Positions 7,147 through 17,512 of a stretch of DNA of 64,000 bases are shown piece after piece. The DNA is from Alphaproteobacteria bacterium (GTDB lineage: Bacteria > Pseudomonadota > Alphaproteobacteria > Rickettsiales > UBA3002), in contig JAFLDD010000001.1 in NCBI GenBank assembly GCA_017302575.1, forward strand, positions 1,365,409-1,429,408, in the 5' to 3' direction. The notes beneath the pieces are model-generated. The model had not been told where the DNA came from and did no database searches. It saw only the letters and a program-made list of their open reading frames with translations. The position numbers and the translations under genes are program-made. Position 1 is the stretch's first letter; each line of letters opens with the position of its first letter.

Positions 7147-8841
7147 TCAATCTAGATTCGCAGGACCTGTATGGGCGCGCATGGTTTCCATTACCCTAGT
7201 GATTTCGGGCTCTGGCCAGTTCAGCTCTTTGAGCAAGCGGCTGGTCAAGCGCATCGCGCCTACATAAATTTCAGGGATAACGGCAGTAGCACCCGCTTTA
7301 TAAAGCTTCTCGGCATCGTCTTCGTCTTTGGCGCGCGCAAAAATCGGGATTTCTGGATAGACCGCTCGTAATAAGTGAAGCGCTCGTTCTGTGTCGGCCA
7401 TTTTGTGGAACGTGATGATAATGCAGCGCGCGCGGGTGACACCTAGGGCCTCGAGCACGTCGGGTCGGCTCGCGTCGCCGAAATAAACGGGGTGGTGGCG
7501 ACGCCTGCCGCGTGTAACGTGACGCGGGTTCACATCCAGCGCGATGAAGGGGATAGATTCATACGTCATCACATCCGCCAAGATGCTGCCCATGCGGCCA
7601 TAGCCCGCCATGACGATATGCTCTTTCATGTCACTGGCTTCTTCTTCAAGCTGTGGCAACGCATCACTGCGCGCACGCTTGCGCCATTCACGCTCCAGCT
7701 TTGTGCCCACCATATCGAGTAGCGGTGTGAGCGCCATGGTAACCGCAATGACTAGTAGTAAAAGCTGTGACTGGCCTTGTGGTAATACGCCAAGGGCTGC
7801 GGCCATTCCGAATAAAATGAATCCAAACTCACCCCCCTGTGCCATGATAAGCGCCGTGTGGCCCGAAGTCTGGCGATTACGACGGAAGAGGCGCAGAATG
7901 AAGTATAAAAGCGAGCCCTTAATCAGTAGCAAACCGCTTGATAATACCAGCACCGCTTGTGCGTGTTCGAGAATAAATGCGATGTCGATGTGCATTCCCA
8001 CGGTCATGAAGAATAGTCCCATGAGCAGGCCCTTATAGGGCTTCACATCCGCCTCGACCTGATGACGAAATTCCGTTTCAGAAATTAGGATGCCTGCCAA
8101 GAATGCGCCCAAGGCCATCGAAAGCCCATTCATTTCCGATATATAAGAAATCCCCAGCACCACGAGCAATGTGGTGGCGACAAATAATTCGCCGTTATCT
8201 AACTTTGCGATATAGCGGAATAATGGGCGAAGCACTAACCGACCCACGATAATGATGATCGTTAATGCTACGGCGGCACGCAGTGCTGTTTGGGCGAGTG
8301 TGTCCGCAAAATCTGCGCCCTCTATTGCCATGAGCGGGACGATGATAAGAAGCGGAATTGCCGCGATATCCTGCAGAATAAGAATGGCTAGTGATAGCCT
8401 GCCCGTTTGGGTAGAGCTGGCGCGGCGCTCTTGTAACACCTGCAACACCAGCGCGGTTGATGATAGTGCCAACCCAAAACCAACCAGCAGCGCAATGTCG
8501 GTTTTGAAGCCTAGCTGAGTGGCGAGCAGACTCAACACCGCACCCGTCAGCGTCACTTGCGCGCCACCAATGCCAAAGACTTTAACGCGCATGGTTTTAA
8601 GGCGGTCCCACGACAGCTCGAGGCCGATCATGAATAGCAATAGCACTACGCCTAATTTGGCGATGGCCGCCATATCATCGACATCGGCAATCCACTTAAA
8701 TCCGTAAGGGCCAATCAATGTCCCCGCCACCAAGTAGCCAAGCACGGGGCTTAATCGCAGGGCGCGAAACACCGTGACGATGCCTACCGCAGCAGCAAGC
8801 AACATGATGATATTGAGCAGTGGCGTGGTTTCCATACCCAT
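7147..8841 (-). CDS. CPA2-family (Kef-like) monovalent cation:proton antiporter with TrkA-N domain
   Basis: Multi-TM N-terminus (SPVLGYLVAG, GVVLLLFMIGLE, ALSSTA), C-terminal GYGRMG and FGDAS motifs. Start could be 8835. Confidence 0.92.
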   Translation of the reverse strand: MGMETTPLLNIIMLLAAAVGIVTVFRALRLSPVLGYLVAGTLIGPYGFKWIADVDDMAAIAKLGVVLLLFMIGLELSWDRLKTMRVKVFGIGGAQVTLTGAVLSLLATQLGFKTDIALLVGFGLALSSTALVLQVLQERRASSTQTGRLSLAILILQDIAAIPLLIIVPLMAIEGADFADTLAQTALRAAVALTIIIIVGRLVLRPLFRYIAKLDNGELFVATTLLVVLGISYISEMNGLSMALGAFLAGILISETEFRHQVEADVKPYKGLLMGLFFMTVGMHIDIAFILEHAQAVLVLSSGLLLIKGSLLYFILRLFRRNRQTSGHTALIMAQGGEFGFILFGMAAALGVLPQGQSQLLLLVIAVTMALTPLLDMVGTKLEREWRKRARSDALPQLEEEASDMKEHIVMAGYGRMGSILADVMTYESIPFIALDVNPRHVTRGRRRHHPVYFGDASRPDVLEALGVTRARCIIITFHKMADTERALHLLRAVYPEIPIFARAKDEDDAEKLYKAGATAVIPEIYVGAMRLTSRLLKELNWPEPEITRVMETMRAHTGPANLD

Positions 8842-8864
8842 GTTATGACATGGTCACATTATCT

Positions 8865-9626
8865 ATGGCAACCACTTCCACATATGCACCCTGTGCATTA
8901 ATTACGGGTGCGGCAAAACGGGTCGGACGCGAAGTCGCGCTGCATCTCGCATCGCGCGGCTATGATATTATTGTGCATTACCATTCTTCGGCAAATGAGG
9001 CGGAGAATCTGGCGAGCGAGATTCGTGCGCTGGGTCAACGCGCCCACGTAATTCAGGGCGATTTATCGCACGTGGATGTGGTGACGAAACTATTTGATGA
9101 TTTACCCATCGGCCCCGTCACTCTTGTGGTTCACAATGCTGCGCGCTTTATTCGCGACACGATTGACTCCATGAAGCCCGACGTGCTGGAAGAGCATTTC
9201 CGTGTCAACGTGCTCTCGCCCTTACTGCTTACACAAGCATTCGCTAAACATTTACCGCCTACCCTTTCGGGCCACGTGATTACCTTGTCTGATGGTATGA
9301 TGGGCTGGAGTGTTTCGCCGCAATTTTTCTCCTACGCCGCTAGCAAACTTTCGTGGCTACCATTGACGGATTTATTGGCCGCATCATTAGCGCCACGCAT
9401 TCGTATGAACACCATTGCATTGGGCGCAACCTTACCTGGCGTGATGGATACCGAGAACACCTTCAGTAATCTTGCGAAGGTCAGCCCGCTAAAAAGCACT
9501 AGCAGCACCGAAGAAGTGTGCCGCACTGTCTCTTATATTCTGGATACAGCAAGCATCACGGGACAAATTTTCTACCTATCTTCAGGCATGCACCTGAGTG
9601 CGGAACGCTGGATGAAGGCGGAGTAG
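8865..9626 (+). CDS. SDR-family oxidoreductase (pteridine reductase-like)
   Basis: ALITGAAKRVG, VHNAA, YAASK; conserved upstream of uvrC. Start refined to ATG 8865. Confidence 0.88.
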   Translation: MATTSTYAPCALITGAAKRVGREVALHLASRGYDIIVHYHSSANEAENLASEIRALGQRAHVIQGDLSHVDVVTKLFDDLPIGPVTLVVHNAARFIRDTIDSMKPDVLEEHFRVNVLSPLLLTQAFAKHLPPTLSGHVITLSDGMMGWSVSPQFFSYAASKLSWLPLTDLLAASLAPRIRMNTIALGATLPGVMDTENTFSNLAKVSPLKSTSSTEEVCRTVSYILDTASITGQIFYLSSGMHLSAERWMKAE

Positions 9627-9628
9627 TC

Positions 9629-11434
9629 ATGCGCGGCGCTGAGCAGATTAAGGCTGCGCTCAAAGATATACCTAATACTTCGGGCGTATACCGCATGCTG
9701 AATGCGGCGGGGGATATTTTATATATTGGTAAGGCAAAAAATCTTGCCAATCGCGTGAGTAATTATACGTCGGCAAGTGCGCTCTCGACACGCATCCTGC
9801 GCATGGTATCGCAGGTGGAGCGCGTTGAAATCACCACCACGCAAAATGAGGCAGAGGCGTTGTTGCTTGAGGCGAGCCTAGTCAAGAAACATCAGCCACG
9901 TTATAATGTTCTACTCAAGGACGATAAGTCATTTCCGTTTATCATTTTCTCCGATCACGTGTTTCCGCGCCTTAGCAAACATCGCGGCCGAAGCGCGCCA
10001 AAAGGCAGCAGATATTTTGGCCCCTTTGCATCAACAGGCGCCGTCAACGAGACGCTAGGGATTTTACAAAAAGCATTTTTGCTGCGCCCCTGCTCGGACA
10101 GTATTTTCAAAAATCGCTCGCGGCCATGTCTGCAATATCAAATCAAGCGCTGTTCAGCGCCTTGTGTAGGCTATGTCGATGAGGCGGGCTATGCGCAGCA
10201 AGTGGCGTTAGCCACCGATTTTTTGCGTGGCAAAAACCGCGACGTACAAGATGTGCTTGTCAAAGACATGGCGCAGGCTAGCGCGGCGATGGGTTATGAA
10301 AAAGCGGCGCTGCTGCGCGATCGTATTGCTGCATTGACCAAGGTGCAACAAGAACAAGCGCTACACGCCGTAGGTCTAGAGAATGCCGATGTTATCGCCC
10401 TGCATCGCGAGGGGGGTGCGGTCGTGGTAATGGTGTACTTCTTCCGCGCGGGGCAGCATTTCGGACAGCATGCGTATTTTCCAAAACAAGAAGAGGCGAG
10501 CGATAGTGAAATCCTACTCGCCTTCTTGGGACAGTTTTACCAACGTCATTTGCCGCCTGCAGAACTGTTATTAAGCCATGAGATTGAGGATGTGGCGGTG
10601 ATGGAAGATGCCCTTTCGCAACTTGCCGAAATTCGCGTAGCGATCCGTGTGCCGCAACGTGGTGATAAGCGCACGTTGATTGAACAGGCCCTCAGCAATG
10701 CAGCGCTCTCACTTGCCCGCAACCTGAATGAACGCGCCTCGATTGCCAAGCATCACCTATCCCTGCAGCAGTTATTTGGCTTGCGTGAGCCGCCGCAGCG
10801 TATCGAGATTTATGATAACAGCCACGTGATGGGTACGCAGGCAGTGGGGGTTATGGTGGTAGCAACACCTGAAGGATTTGAGAAAAAATCCTACCGAAGC
10901 TTTACCATTAAAGATCCCGCAACGATTGCAGGCGACGATTACGGCATGATGCGCGAGGTCATGAAGCGGCGCTTCAAAGAGGGGGCGACACTGCCTGATT
11001 TAGTGCTGATTGATGGCGGAAAAGGGCAATTAAGCGCCGTATTAGAGATAACAACATCATTGGGCATCGAAGGCCCTGTTTTCGTGGCGATTGCCAAAGG
11101 CGAAGACCGCAATGCGGGGCGCGAATGGTTTTTCCGCAGAGATCATGAGCCGTTTCAACTGCCAGAGAATGACGCAACCCTGCATTACCTACAGCGGCTA
11201 CGCGATGAGGCGCACCGTTTTGCGATTGGCGCACATCGCAAGAAGCGCAGCAAAACACTCACGCAATCAGCGCTGGATGACATTCCCAACATCGGTGCGA
11301 GCCGTAAGCGGGCGCTGCTATTGCATTTCGGTTCGCGGGCGGATGTGGAGCGTGCCACGTTAAATGAGTTGGAAAATGTTCCCGGAATCTCTAAGAAGAT
11401 AGCAGCAACCATTTATGAGTATTTTCATGCTTAG
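9629..11434 (+). CDS. uvrC: Excinuclease ABC subunit C
   Basis: GVYRM..LYIGKAKNL GIY-YIG, RIEIYDNSH, DGGKGQL, RDEAHRFA, HhH tail. Start refined to ATG 9629. Confidence 0.97.
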   Translation: MRGAEQIKAALKDIPNTSGVYRMLNAAGDILYIGKAKNLANRVSNYTSASALSTRILRMVSQVERVEITTTQNEAEALLLEASLVKKHQPRYNVLLKDDKSFPFIIFSDHVFPRLSKHRGRSAPKGSRYFGPFASTGAVNETLGILQKAFLLRPCSDSIFKNRSRPCLQYQIKRCSAPCVGYVDEAGYAQQVALATDFLRGKNRDVQDVLVKDMAQASAAMGYEKAALLRDRIAALTKVQQEQALHAVGLENADVIALHREGGAVVVMVYFFRAGQHFGQHAYFPKQEEASDSEILLAFLGQFYQRHLPPAELLLSHEIEDVAVMEDALSQLAEIRVAIRVPQRGDKRTLIEQALSNAALSLARNLNERASIAKHHLSLQQLFGLREPPQRIEIYDNSHVMGTQAVGVMVVATPEGFEKKSYRSFTIKDPATIAGDDYGMMREVMKRRFKEGATLPDLVLIDGGKGQLSAVLEITTSLGIEGPVFVAIAKGEDRNAGREWFFRRDHEPFQLPENDATLHYLQRLRDEAHRFAIGAHRKKRSKTLTQSALDDIPNIGASRKRALLLHFGSRADVERATLNELENVPGISKKIAATIYEYFHA

Positions 11435-12005
11435 CAAACCACAAATCCCTAACGCGCTCACCCTTGCCCGTATTGTGCTCATCTTGCCAATTTTATTCGT
11501 GCTGCATGAGCCTTCCTTGGCCAAGCAATGGATTTTCTGGCTATTTATCGTCGCGGCAGCGACCGACTTTTTTGACGGGTATTTTGCACGTAAGTGGAAT
11601 GTGAAATCCGAATTAGGTGCGATGCTGGATCAGATTAGCGACAAGCTGCTTATTACTGCCATCCTTATCCCGCTTGCGCTTTATGGCGTAACCGGTGTGT
11701 TGACCTTACTGGTTATTGTACTGCGTGAAATTTATGTTTCTGGATTACGCGAGCATTTGGGTTTGCAGCAGCGCTCCCTGCCCGTTTCACGCGCAGGCAA
11801 ATACAAGACTGCCGTGCAAATGGTTGCCATTGGCATCACTTTGGCAGGCCTTACCTTCAGTTTCCCTGAGTTCACCGTTTTTGATTATTATCTGGGCGGC
11901 AGCGCGCAGGTAGTAGTGTTGGGGAATATGGTGCTTGTCTTGGGCGCGATACTTGGTGTGGTATCGGCGATTCAATATAGCCTTGCGTTATACAAGAAGT
12001 CCTAA
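11427..12005 (+). CDS. pgsA: CDP-diacylglycerol--glycerol-3-phosphate 3-phosphatidyltransferase
   Basis: IPNALTLARI, TDFFDGYFAR..GAMLDQISDK; follows uvrC. Confidence 0.93.
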   Translation: MLSKPQIPNALTLARIVLILPILFVLHEPSLAKQWIFWLFIVAAATDFFDGYFARKWNVKSELGAMLDQISDKLLITAILIPLALYGVTGVLTLLVIVLREIYVSGLREHLGLQQRSLPVSRAGKYKTAVQMVAIGITLAGLTFSFPEFTVFDYYLGGSAQVVVLGNMVLVLGAILGVVSAIQYSLALYKKS

Positions 12006-12874
12006 GAGCGCACGAGCTTACTATAATCATCCATAAGCTGCTTGGTCACAGGGCCAATGGTATATTTGCGTCCTGCGATTTCACCTACTGGGGTGATTTC
12101 CGCCGCCGTGCCCGTGAGGAAAATTTCCTGCGCGTTCTCAAGCTCGCTGGGCTGCATGTGACGCTCAACAACCTTGATGCCACGCGCGCGTGCCAGATCG
12201 ATGATCGTTAGGCGCGTGATGCCATTCAGGAAGCAATCTGGTGTTGGCGTATGCAATTCGCCATTAATCACGAGAAACAGGTTAGCGCCCGTTGCCTCGC
12301 ACAAATAGCCACGGTAATCGAGCATCAGCGCGTCATCGAATCCGTCGCGCTCTGCTTCGTGCTTGCTGATAGTGCAAATCATGTAAAGACCCGCCGCTTT
12401 ACTAGCGCACGGCGCAGTTTCAGGCGAAGGACGCTTGTAGTTGGCCAGTGCCAAGCGAATGCCTTTTTCCTTGATTTCTTGCTTATACATGGTTGGCCAT
12501 TGCCACGCCGCAATCGCAACATGAATGACGTTCTTTTGTGCGCTAATGGCCATCATCTCGCTACCGCGCCACGCGACAGGGCGGAAGTAACCATCCACGA
12601 TATTATTTACTTTCATTACTTCTTGCTTAGCGGCCATCAACGCATCCACTGAATAGGGAATGGTGAAGCCCAACAATTGCGCCGAGCGATGAAAACGCTC
12701 CGTGTGCTCGCGGTCCTTGAAGATCTTGCCACCATAGGCACGCTCGCCCTCAAACACGCTGGAGCCATAATGCAGACCGTGCGTCAGCACGTGTGTTTTG
12801 GCGGCGCGCCACTCCACCATTTTTCCATCTAACCAAATGAATCCATCGCGATCGTCGAATGAAGGTGCTGACAT
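12002..12874 (-). CDS. ilvE: Branched-chain amino acid aminotransferase
   Basis: LHYGSSVFEG, KAAGLY, EATGANLF, LNGITR, TGTAAE (PLP class IV). Confidence 0.93.
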   Translation of the reverse strand: MSAPSFDDRDGFIWLDGKMVEWRAAKTHVLTHGLHYGSSVFEGERAYGGKIFKDREHTERFHRSAQLLGFTIPYSVDALMAAKQEVMKVNNIVDGYFRPVAWRGSEMMAISAQKNVIHVAIAAWQWPTMYKQEIKEKGIRLALANYKRPSPETAPCASKAAGLYMICTISKHEAERDGFDDALMLDYRGYLCEATGANLFLVINGELHTPTPDCFLNGITRLTIIDLARARGIKVVERHMQPSELENAQEIFLTGTAAEITPVGEIAGRKYTIGPVTKQLMDDYSKLVRS

Positions 12875-12877
12875 AGT

Positions 12878-13603
12878 TTATTCCTGAAGCATGATTGCTG
12901 ATAGTTGCCTACCGTAATCTGGTTCGTTACGCAAGGTGCTGCGACGATAACTGAAATACTCTTTTTCACTGGTAAGGGTATCTTGCCCGTTATTCTCGAT
13001 GGTGGTGACGCCTGCAGCAATCAGGCGGCTACGCACATAGGCGGGCAAATCGAACATAAAATGCTCTTCGCGAGCCGCAGGTATAAAATATCTCTTTTGT
13101 AATTCGGGCGCGAAGCGCTCGTAAAATTCGGGGCCGATTTCATAGCTTTTTTGCTGAATGCAGGGGCCTATCATGACGCGCATATCGGCCGTGCTGGCGC
13201 CCAGTTTTTTCATGGCAAGAATGGTGTTCTCCAGCACGCCACCATGCGCACCCTTCCAGCCCGCATGGGCCGCGCCAATCACGCGTGCCTTCGCATCATA
13301 AAACAGCACGGGCGTGCAGTCGGCGGTCAAAATACCCAGCATCACGCCACGCCTATTGGTTACCATGGCATCGGCTTGTGGTCTGGTAATGGCGGCACGT
13401 GATTCGATAACGTTGACAACTTCAGCAGAATGGATTTGGTGGAGAGTAAATAATTGTTCTGCATCTATCCCGAATGCGCGCGCGGCACGCGCGCGATTTT
13501 CGGCGACATGGTAGGGGTTATCTTTACTGCCGGGCCCACAATTGAGTGAAGCATAAAGCCCTTCACTTACCCCGCCCTCGCGTGTGAAAAATTTGTATTT
13601 CAT
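12878..13603 (-). CDS. pgeF: PgeF/YfiH purine nucleoside phosphorylase (laccase-domain)
   Basis: QIHS, ADAMVT, TADCTPV, HAGWKG, GPCI, FSYRR. Confidence 0.93.
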   Translation of the reverse strand: MKYKFFTREGGVSEGLYASLNCGPGSKDNPYHVAENRARAARAFGIDAEQLFTLHQIHSAEVVNVIESRAAITRPQADAMVTNRRGVMLGILTADCTPVLFYDAKARVIGAAHAGWKGAHGGVLENTILAMKKLGASTADMRVMIGPCIQQKSYEIGPEFYERFAPELQKRYFIPAAREEHFMFDLPAYVRSRLIAAGVTTIENNGQDTLTSEKEYFSYRRSTLRNEPDYGRQLSAIMLQE

Positions 13604-14673
13604 TGGAACCCTGGCACTTCGATTTTAGCGTCCGAGCAAATGGCCATTACTTTGAATAATTCGCCCATCGCCTGCGGTGAAACAATTCGCTGTAAACTGC
13701 TGGCAATTTGTTCGCGTTGAGCGGCATCGGCATTGCGCATCAACATTTCTGCACGAATTTCTGCACCCATGCGCGTCAAGAATGTGCCCTGATTTTCAAG
13801 TCCGTACGTAGGAACGCCCATCTCACGCGTTAGTTCCATCAGCGCAGTAAAGTCGACATGCGCGGTGATATCGGCATCGCCTGGCTCTTTGAGCACGGGG
13901 TGGAATTGGTGCGCTTTGACTGCTTGTAGCGTATCGCGGTGTGCATCGCCCATATAGCCATAATCGATGATGAGTGCCGCGCCCTGATGTGCCTTAATGC
14001 GTGTTGCAATCGTGCGCATAATGTTGCGCGCGGCGGGACACTGCTCCATCACCGTGCCCTCTGCGATGACTTTGCCGCTTTTGGCTAGTTGCAGCCCTGG
14101 TGGGCCAAGCACGAATTGTAATGATTCGGATTTATGGTCCCAATAGATTCGTCGTTCGCACATGCCTTCGCTGGTGATGACATATTGGCGAATGGGCAAA
14201 GCATCAAAGAACTCATTCGCGATGAGTAATGTCTTGCTTTCGGGAAGTTCATCGACGCTATCGAGCCACTCGACACGGCGATGCTCATTACGCAAGGTCA
14301 GATATTGCTCATGCGCCAATACAGGCGATGTCTCGATCATATGAATGGTGATGCTGTCATGAAATTCGGGGATTTTTTTGGTCGCACGCAACAAATCGGC
14401 CATCAAGGTGCCGCGCCCCGGCCCAAGCTCTACCAACGAGACGGGGCCACCGCCGAGCTGTCGCCACACTTCGCCAACCCAGACACCAATCATTTCACCA
14501 AAAATTTGCGATATTTCGGGGGAGGTGATGAAGTCTCCGCGCGCACCGAGGGGGTTATGTTTGCGGTAATAGCCATGCTCTGGGTGGCCAAGTGCCAGCG
14601 CCATATAATCGGCGATGCTTATGGGGCCTTCATTTTCAATTTTCTCACGAATGATGGGGAGCAGCGCACTCAT
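13600..14673 (-). CDS. SAM-dependent methyltransferase, NDUFAF7/MidA family
   Basis: GDFITSPEISQIFGE, VELGPGRGTL, ANEFFDALP, DITAHVDF. Confidence 0.93.
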   Translation of the reverse strand: MSALLPIIREKIENEGPISIADYMALALGHPEHGYYRKHNPLGARGDFITSPEISQIFGEMIGVWVGEVWRQLGGGPVSLVELGPGRGTLMADLLRATKKIPEFHDSITIHMIETSPVLAHEQYLTLRNEHRRVEWLDSVDELPESKTLLIANEFFDALPIRQYVITSEGMCERRIYWDHKSESLQFVLGPPGLQLAKSGKVIAEGTVMEQCPAARNIMRTIATRIKAHQGAALIIDYGYMGDAHRDTLQAVKAHQFHPVLKEPGDADITAHVDFTALMELTREMGVPTYGLENQGTFLTRMGAEIRAEMLMRNADAAQREQIASSLQRIVSPQAMGELFKVMAICSDAKIEVPGFQ

Positions 14674-14674
14674 A

Positions 14675-15463
14675 TCAGCTCACGGGATAACGTTTTGAAC
14701 GCAGCATAAGCCATGCGCCCGCCACTATCATTGGCACGCAGAGTAGTTGCCCCATGGTGAGCCACTGGCCAAACAAGAACCCGAGCTGCGGGTCGGGCAT
14801 GCGGAAAAATTCCATCACGAAACGTGCGACACCATAACCCGCGAGGAATAATCCACCCACCGCACCGCGATAGCGCATGATGTTGGTGGTACGAATCAGC
14901 ACATAGAGCAGTACAAATAATAATAGGCCTTCGGTCGCCGCTTGGTAGAGTTGGCTAGGGTGACGTGGCAAACCACCTGCGTGGGGGAACACGATTCCCC
15001 ATGATACGTCCGTGACACGACCATAAAGCTCACCATTGATGAAATTGGCGATACGGCCAAGGCATAAACCGATCGGTGTTGCGGCCGCCAAGTAATCCAT
15101 AATGCGTAACCAGTGAAGTTTGTGGCGGCGCGCATAGAGCCAGAATGCCGCGAAGATGCCCAGCAGGCCGCCATGAAAACTCATGCCGCCTTGCCAGATT
15201 TTGAGTGCATCACTTGGGTGTTCCATGAAGTATGGAAAATTATAAAAGAGTACATAACCGATACGGCCGCCGAGAATGATACCTATCACCGCATAGGTGA
15301 TGAGATCGTCGCGTGCTTTCTCGTTGAAATAGGGAAATCGCGCATTGAGTTTGCCGATGTAAAGATAAGCAAGCACAATCCCTGCAATGTAGGAAAGCGC
15401 ATACCAACGAATAACGAGCGGGCCTAGTTGCAGCGCGATCGGATCAATGTCGGGAAAAGGCAT
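14675..15463 (-). CDS. lgt: Prolipoprotein diacylglyceryl transferase
   Basis: GGMSFHGG, GRIANFINGELYGR, RHPSQLY. Confidence 0.98.
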   Translation of the reverse strand: MPFPDIDPIALQLGPLVIRWYALSYIAGIVLAYLYIGKLNARFPYFNEKARDDLITYAVIGIILGGRIGYVLFYNFPYFMEHPSDALKIWQGGMSFHGGLLGIFAAFWLYARRHKLHWLRIMDYLAAATPIGLCLGRIANFINGELYGRVTDVSWGIVFPHAGGLPRHPSQLYQAATEGLLLFVLLYVLIRTTNIMRYRGAVGGLFLAGYGVARFVMEFFRMPDPQLGFLFGQWLTMGQLLCVPMIVAGAWLMLRSKRYPVS

Positions 15464-16455
15464 TAGAAGTACGGATCTTCTTTGGCGAGATAGCTTTGGA
15501 CATAATCCTTGATGCCATCTTCAAGTGATGTCATCGGCTTCGTGTAGCCTGCAGCCACCAACCTGTCCATTTTCGCTTCGGTGAAATACTGGTATTTCGG
15601 GCGAATATGTTCTGGCATTTCGAAATAGCTGATGGCGGGCGGCTTACCAAGTGCCGCAAAGAGCGCATTCGCTAAATCCTTGAAGGTACGCGCTTTGCCA
15701 GTGCCAAGATTATACAAGCCGTTCACTTGCGGATTGGCCAGCAACCACTCAATGACCGATACACAGTCTTTCACGTACACGAAGTCGCGTAGCTGCTCGC
15801 CGTCTTTGTATTTGGCGTTATAGGACTTAAACAAATGCACAGGTCGACCATGTTTCGCGTGCGGGAAAATGGTGCAGGCAACGGATTTCTGGTCACCTTT
15901 GTGGTATTCATTCGGACCATAGACGTTGAAAAACTTAAGACCAACCCATTGGGGTGGCGTTTTGTCTTTATTGGCGACGGTCAGTGATACGAACTGGTCG
16001 AAGAGCTGTTTGCTCCAGCCATAGGCATTCATGGGCAAGAGCTTGGCGAGGTAATTCATATCAAGCTGGTCATCAAACCCCTGCTCGCCACCACCGTAGG
16101 TCGCCGCAGAAGATGCGTAGATAAAGCGCTTACCCGCATCCGTACACCAGTTCCACAGCGATTTGGAGAGCGAGAAATTCGTCTCCATAATCAGATCGAC
16201 GTTGGTTTCCGTAGTCGAGGAAATCGCGCCCATATGGATAACCGCCTCAAGCGATTCCTTATTCGATTCGAGCCAATAGAACGTCTCACCTGGTGAGATA
16301 ATTTCAAAAATACGGTGCTTGGCGAGGTTGCGCCATTTCTCGGTCGAGCCGAATTGGTCGACGATCACCACATGGTAAGCGCCCGAATTTGCTAGGTGCC
16401 CCGCAATCACTGAACCAATAAAACCTGCGCCGCCTGTTACGAGAATTTTCTTCAT
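15463..16455 (-). CDS. rfaD: ADP-L-glycero-D-manno-heptose 6-epimerase
   Basis: VTGGAGFIGS, HMGAISSTTE, YASSAATYG, YGWSK, FNVYGPNEYHKG, RDFVYVKD. Confidence 0.96.
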   Translation of the reverse strand: MKKILVTGGAGFIGSVIAGHLANSGAYHVVIVDQFGSTEKWRNLAKHRIFEIISPGETFYWLESNKESLEAVIHMGAISSTTETNVDLIMETNFSLSKSLWNWCTDAGKRFIYASSAATYGGGEQGFDDQLDMNYLAKLLPMNAYGWSKQLFDQFVSLTVANKDKTPPQWVGLKFFNVYGPNEYHKGDQKSVACTIFPHAKHGRPVHLFKSYNAKYKDGEQLRDFVYVKDCVSVIEWLLANPQVNGLYNLGTGKARTFKDLANALFAALGKPPAISYFEMPEHIRPKYQYFTEAKMDRLVAAGYTKPMTSLEDGIKDYVQSYLAKEDPYF

Positions 16456-16546
16456 AAAGCCATGAGTCGTTAGTTGTGAGTCGTGCGTAATGTGCTATAG
16501 ATTTGGAATACTGACAACCAAAGACTCGCGACTTGGGACGTACACC

Positions 16547-16783
16547 ATGCAAAAAGATTCTAAATTCTTCGAAGATGTTGCCAAACTGACCTCGGGCGCT
16601 GCGGGTGCGTTCATGGATATGAAGCGCGAGCTTGAAAGCATGGTTGCGGATGGTTTGGAGCGATTTATGGCCAAAGAGCGTTTCGTGACGCGCGATGAAT
16701 TCGAGACCGTGAAAGCCATGGCGCAAAAAGCGCGCGAAGAAAATGAAAAGCTCAAAGCAGAGATCGAGGCGCTGAAAAAATAG
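16547..16783 (+). CDS. ubiK: Accessory factor UbiK (BMFP) family protein
   Basis: FFEDVAKL...FVTRDEFETVKAMAQKAREENEKL. Start refined to 16547. Confidence 0.88.
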   Translation: MQKDSKFFEDVAKLTSGAAGAFMDMKRELESMVADGLERFMAKERFVTRDEFETVKAMAQKAREENEKLKAEIEALKK

Positions 16784-16786
16784 ACT

Positions 16787-17512
16787 CTATTCGTTTATAC
16801 GAACAAAATAGAGTGAGCAGATTTTATTTTTTTGACTCAGCTGATATGTTGCCGCGTAATCCGCAACGGATGTTGAATTGGCACAGCTCGTACGATTCGT
16901 TGCAATTATCGATCCCGCCCCTGGCATACCATCATCAATTTTCATATCGATATTCCACGCCTCTTCAGGATTAAGCACCATATTCCAGTTCCAGTTGGTT
17001 GCGATTTCGCCGCCCAAAACCATTACGTTCCCGTAGTTGATAGCAAAATTATCCGCATCTCCCGCACTCATATCTTGAAAAAATGCTCCCCAACCCCCAT
17101 TAGTAATAGTCGATTTAGGCGCATTGGTGCCCGGCACGACATGCCTTGGGCCACCCGAACCCGCAAGCCCCGTATATTGGCCTTCAATCTCCCCCGCCAA
17201 TGAGAGATGTCTCCAGAATTGTACGAATTCACCCGTGCCGTTCGCAGCGGCGGCCCATTCGATTAATCCATCACCATCGCCATTCACAGCGCCCGACCAA
17301 TAGCTAGCAGCGTCTGGAATATCTCCGGGTAGCGCTGCATATTTTCCTCGAAAGGTGAGAACCGCCTGCTTGTATTGATTATATTCCGTGATTACCGTTT
17401 TCACTTCCGTGTTACGAATCACCGATGCGCCCGCCATGATGCCGCCGACAATCAACCCCATGATCACCAGCACAATGGAAAGTTCGACGAGCGAGAAACC
17501 GTGACGACGCAT
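16787..17512 (-). CDS. Type IV pilin/pseudopilin-like protein with prepilin N-methylation motif
   Basis: MRRHG|FSLVELSIVLVIMGLIVGG class III signal peptide (Glu at +5); C-terminal Cys pair; GAGG RBS. Confidence 0.85.
   Translation of the reverse strand: MRRHGFSLVELSIVLVIMGLIVGGIMAGASVIRNTEVKTVITEYNQYKQAVLTFRGKYAALPGDIPDAASYWSGAVNGDGDGLIEWAAAANGTGEFVQFWRHLSLAGEIEGQYTGLAGSGGPRHVVPGTNAPKSTITNGGWGAFFQDMSAGDADNFAINYGNVMVLGGEIATNWNWNMVLNPEEAWNIDMKIDDGMPGAGSIIATNRTSCANSTSVADYAATYQLSQKNKICSLYFVRINE

Noticed and set aside
9518-9628. Upstream extensions in the ORF track (uvrC, priA, icd, phaP, ompR-like, Tim44, cysA, sucA)
   Set aside because: They overlap neighbouring genes or promoters; downstream starts fit family N-termini or RBSs better.
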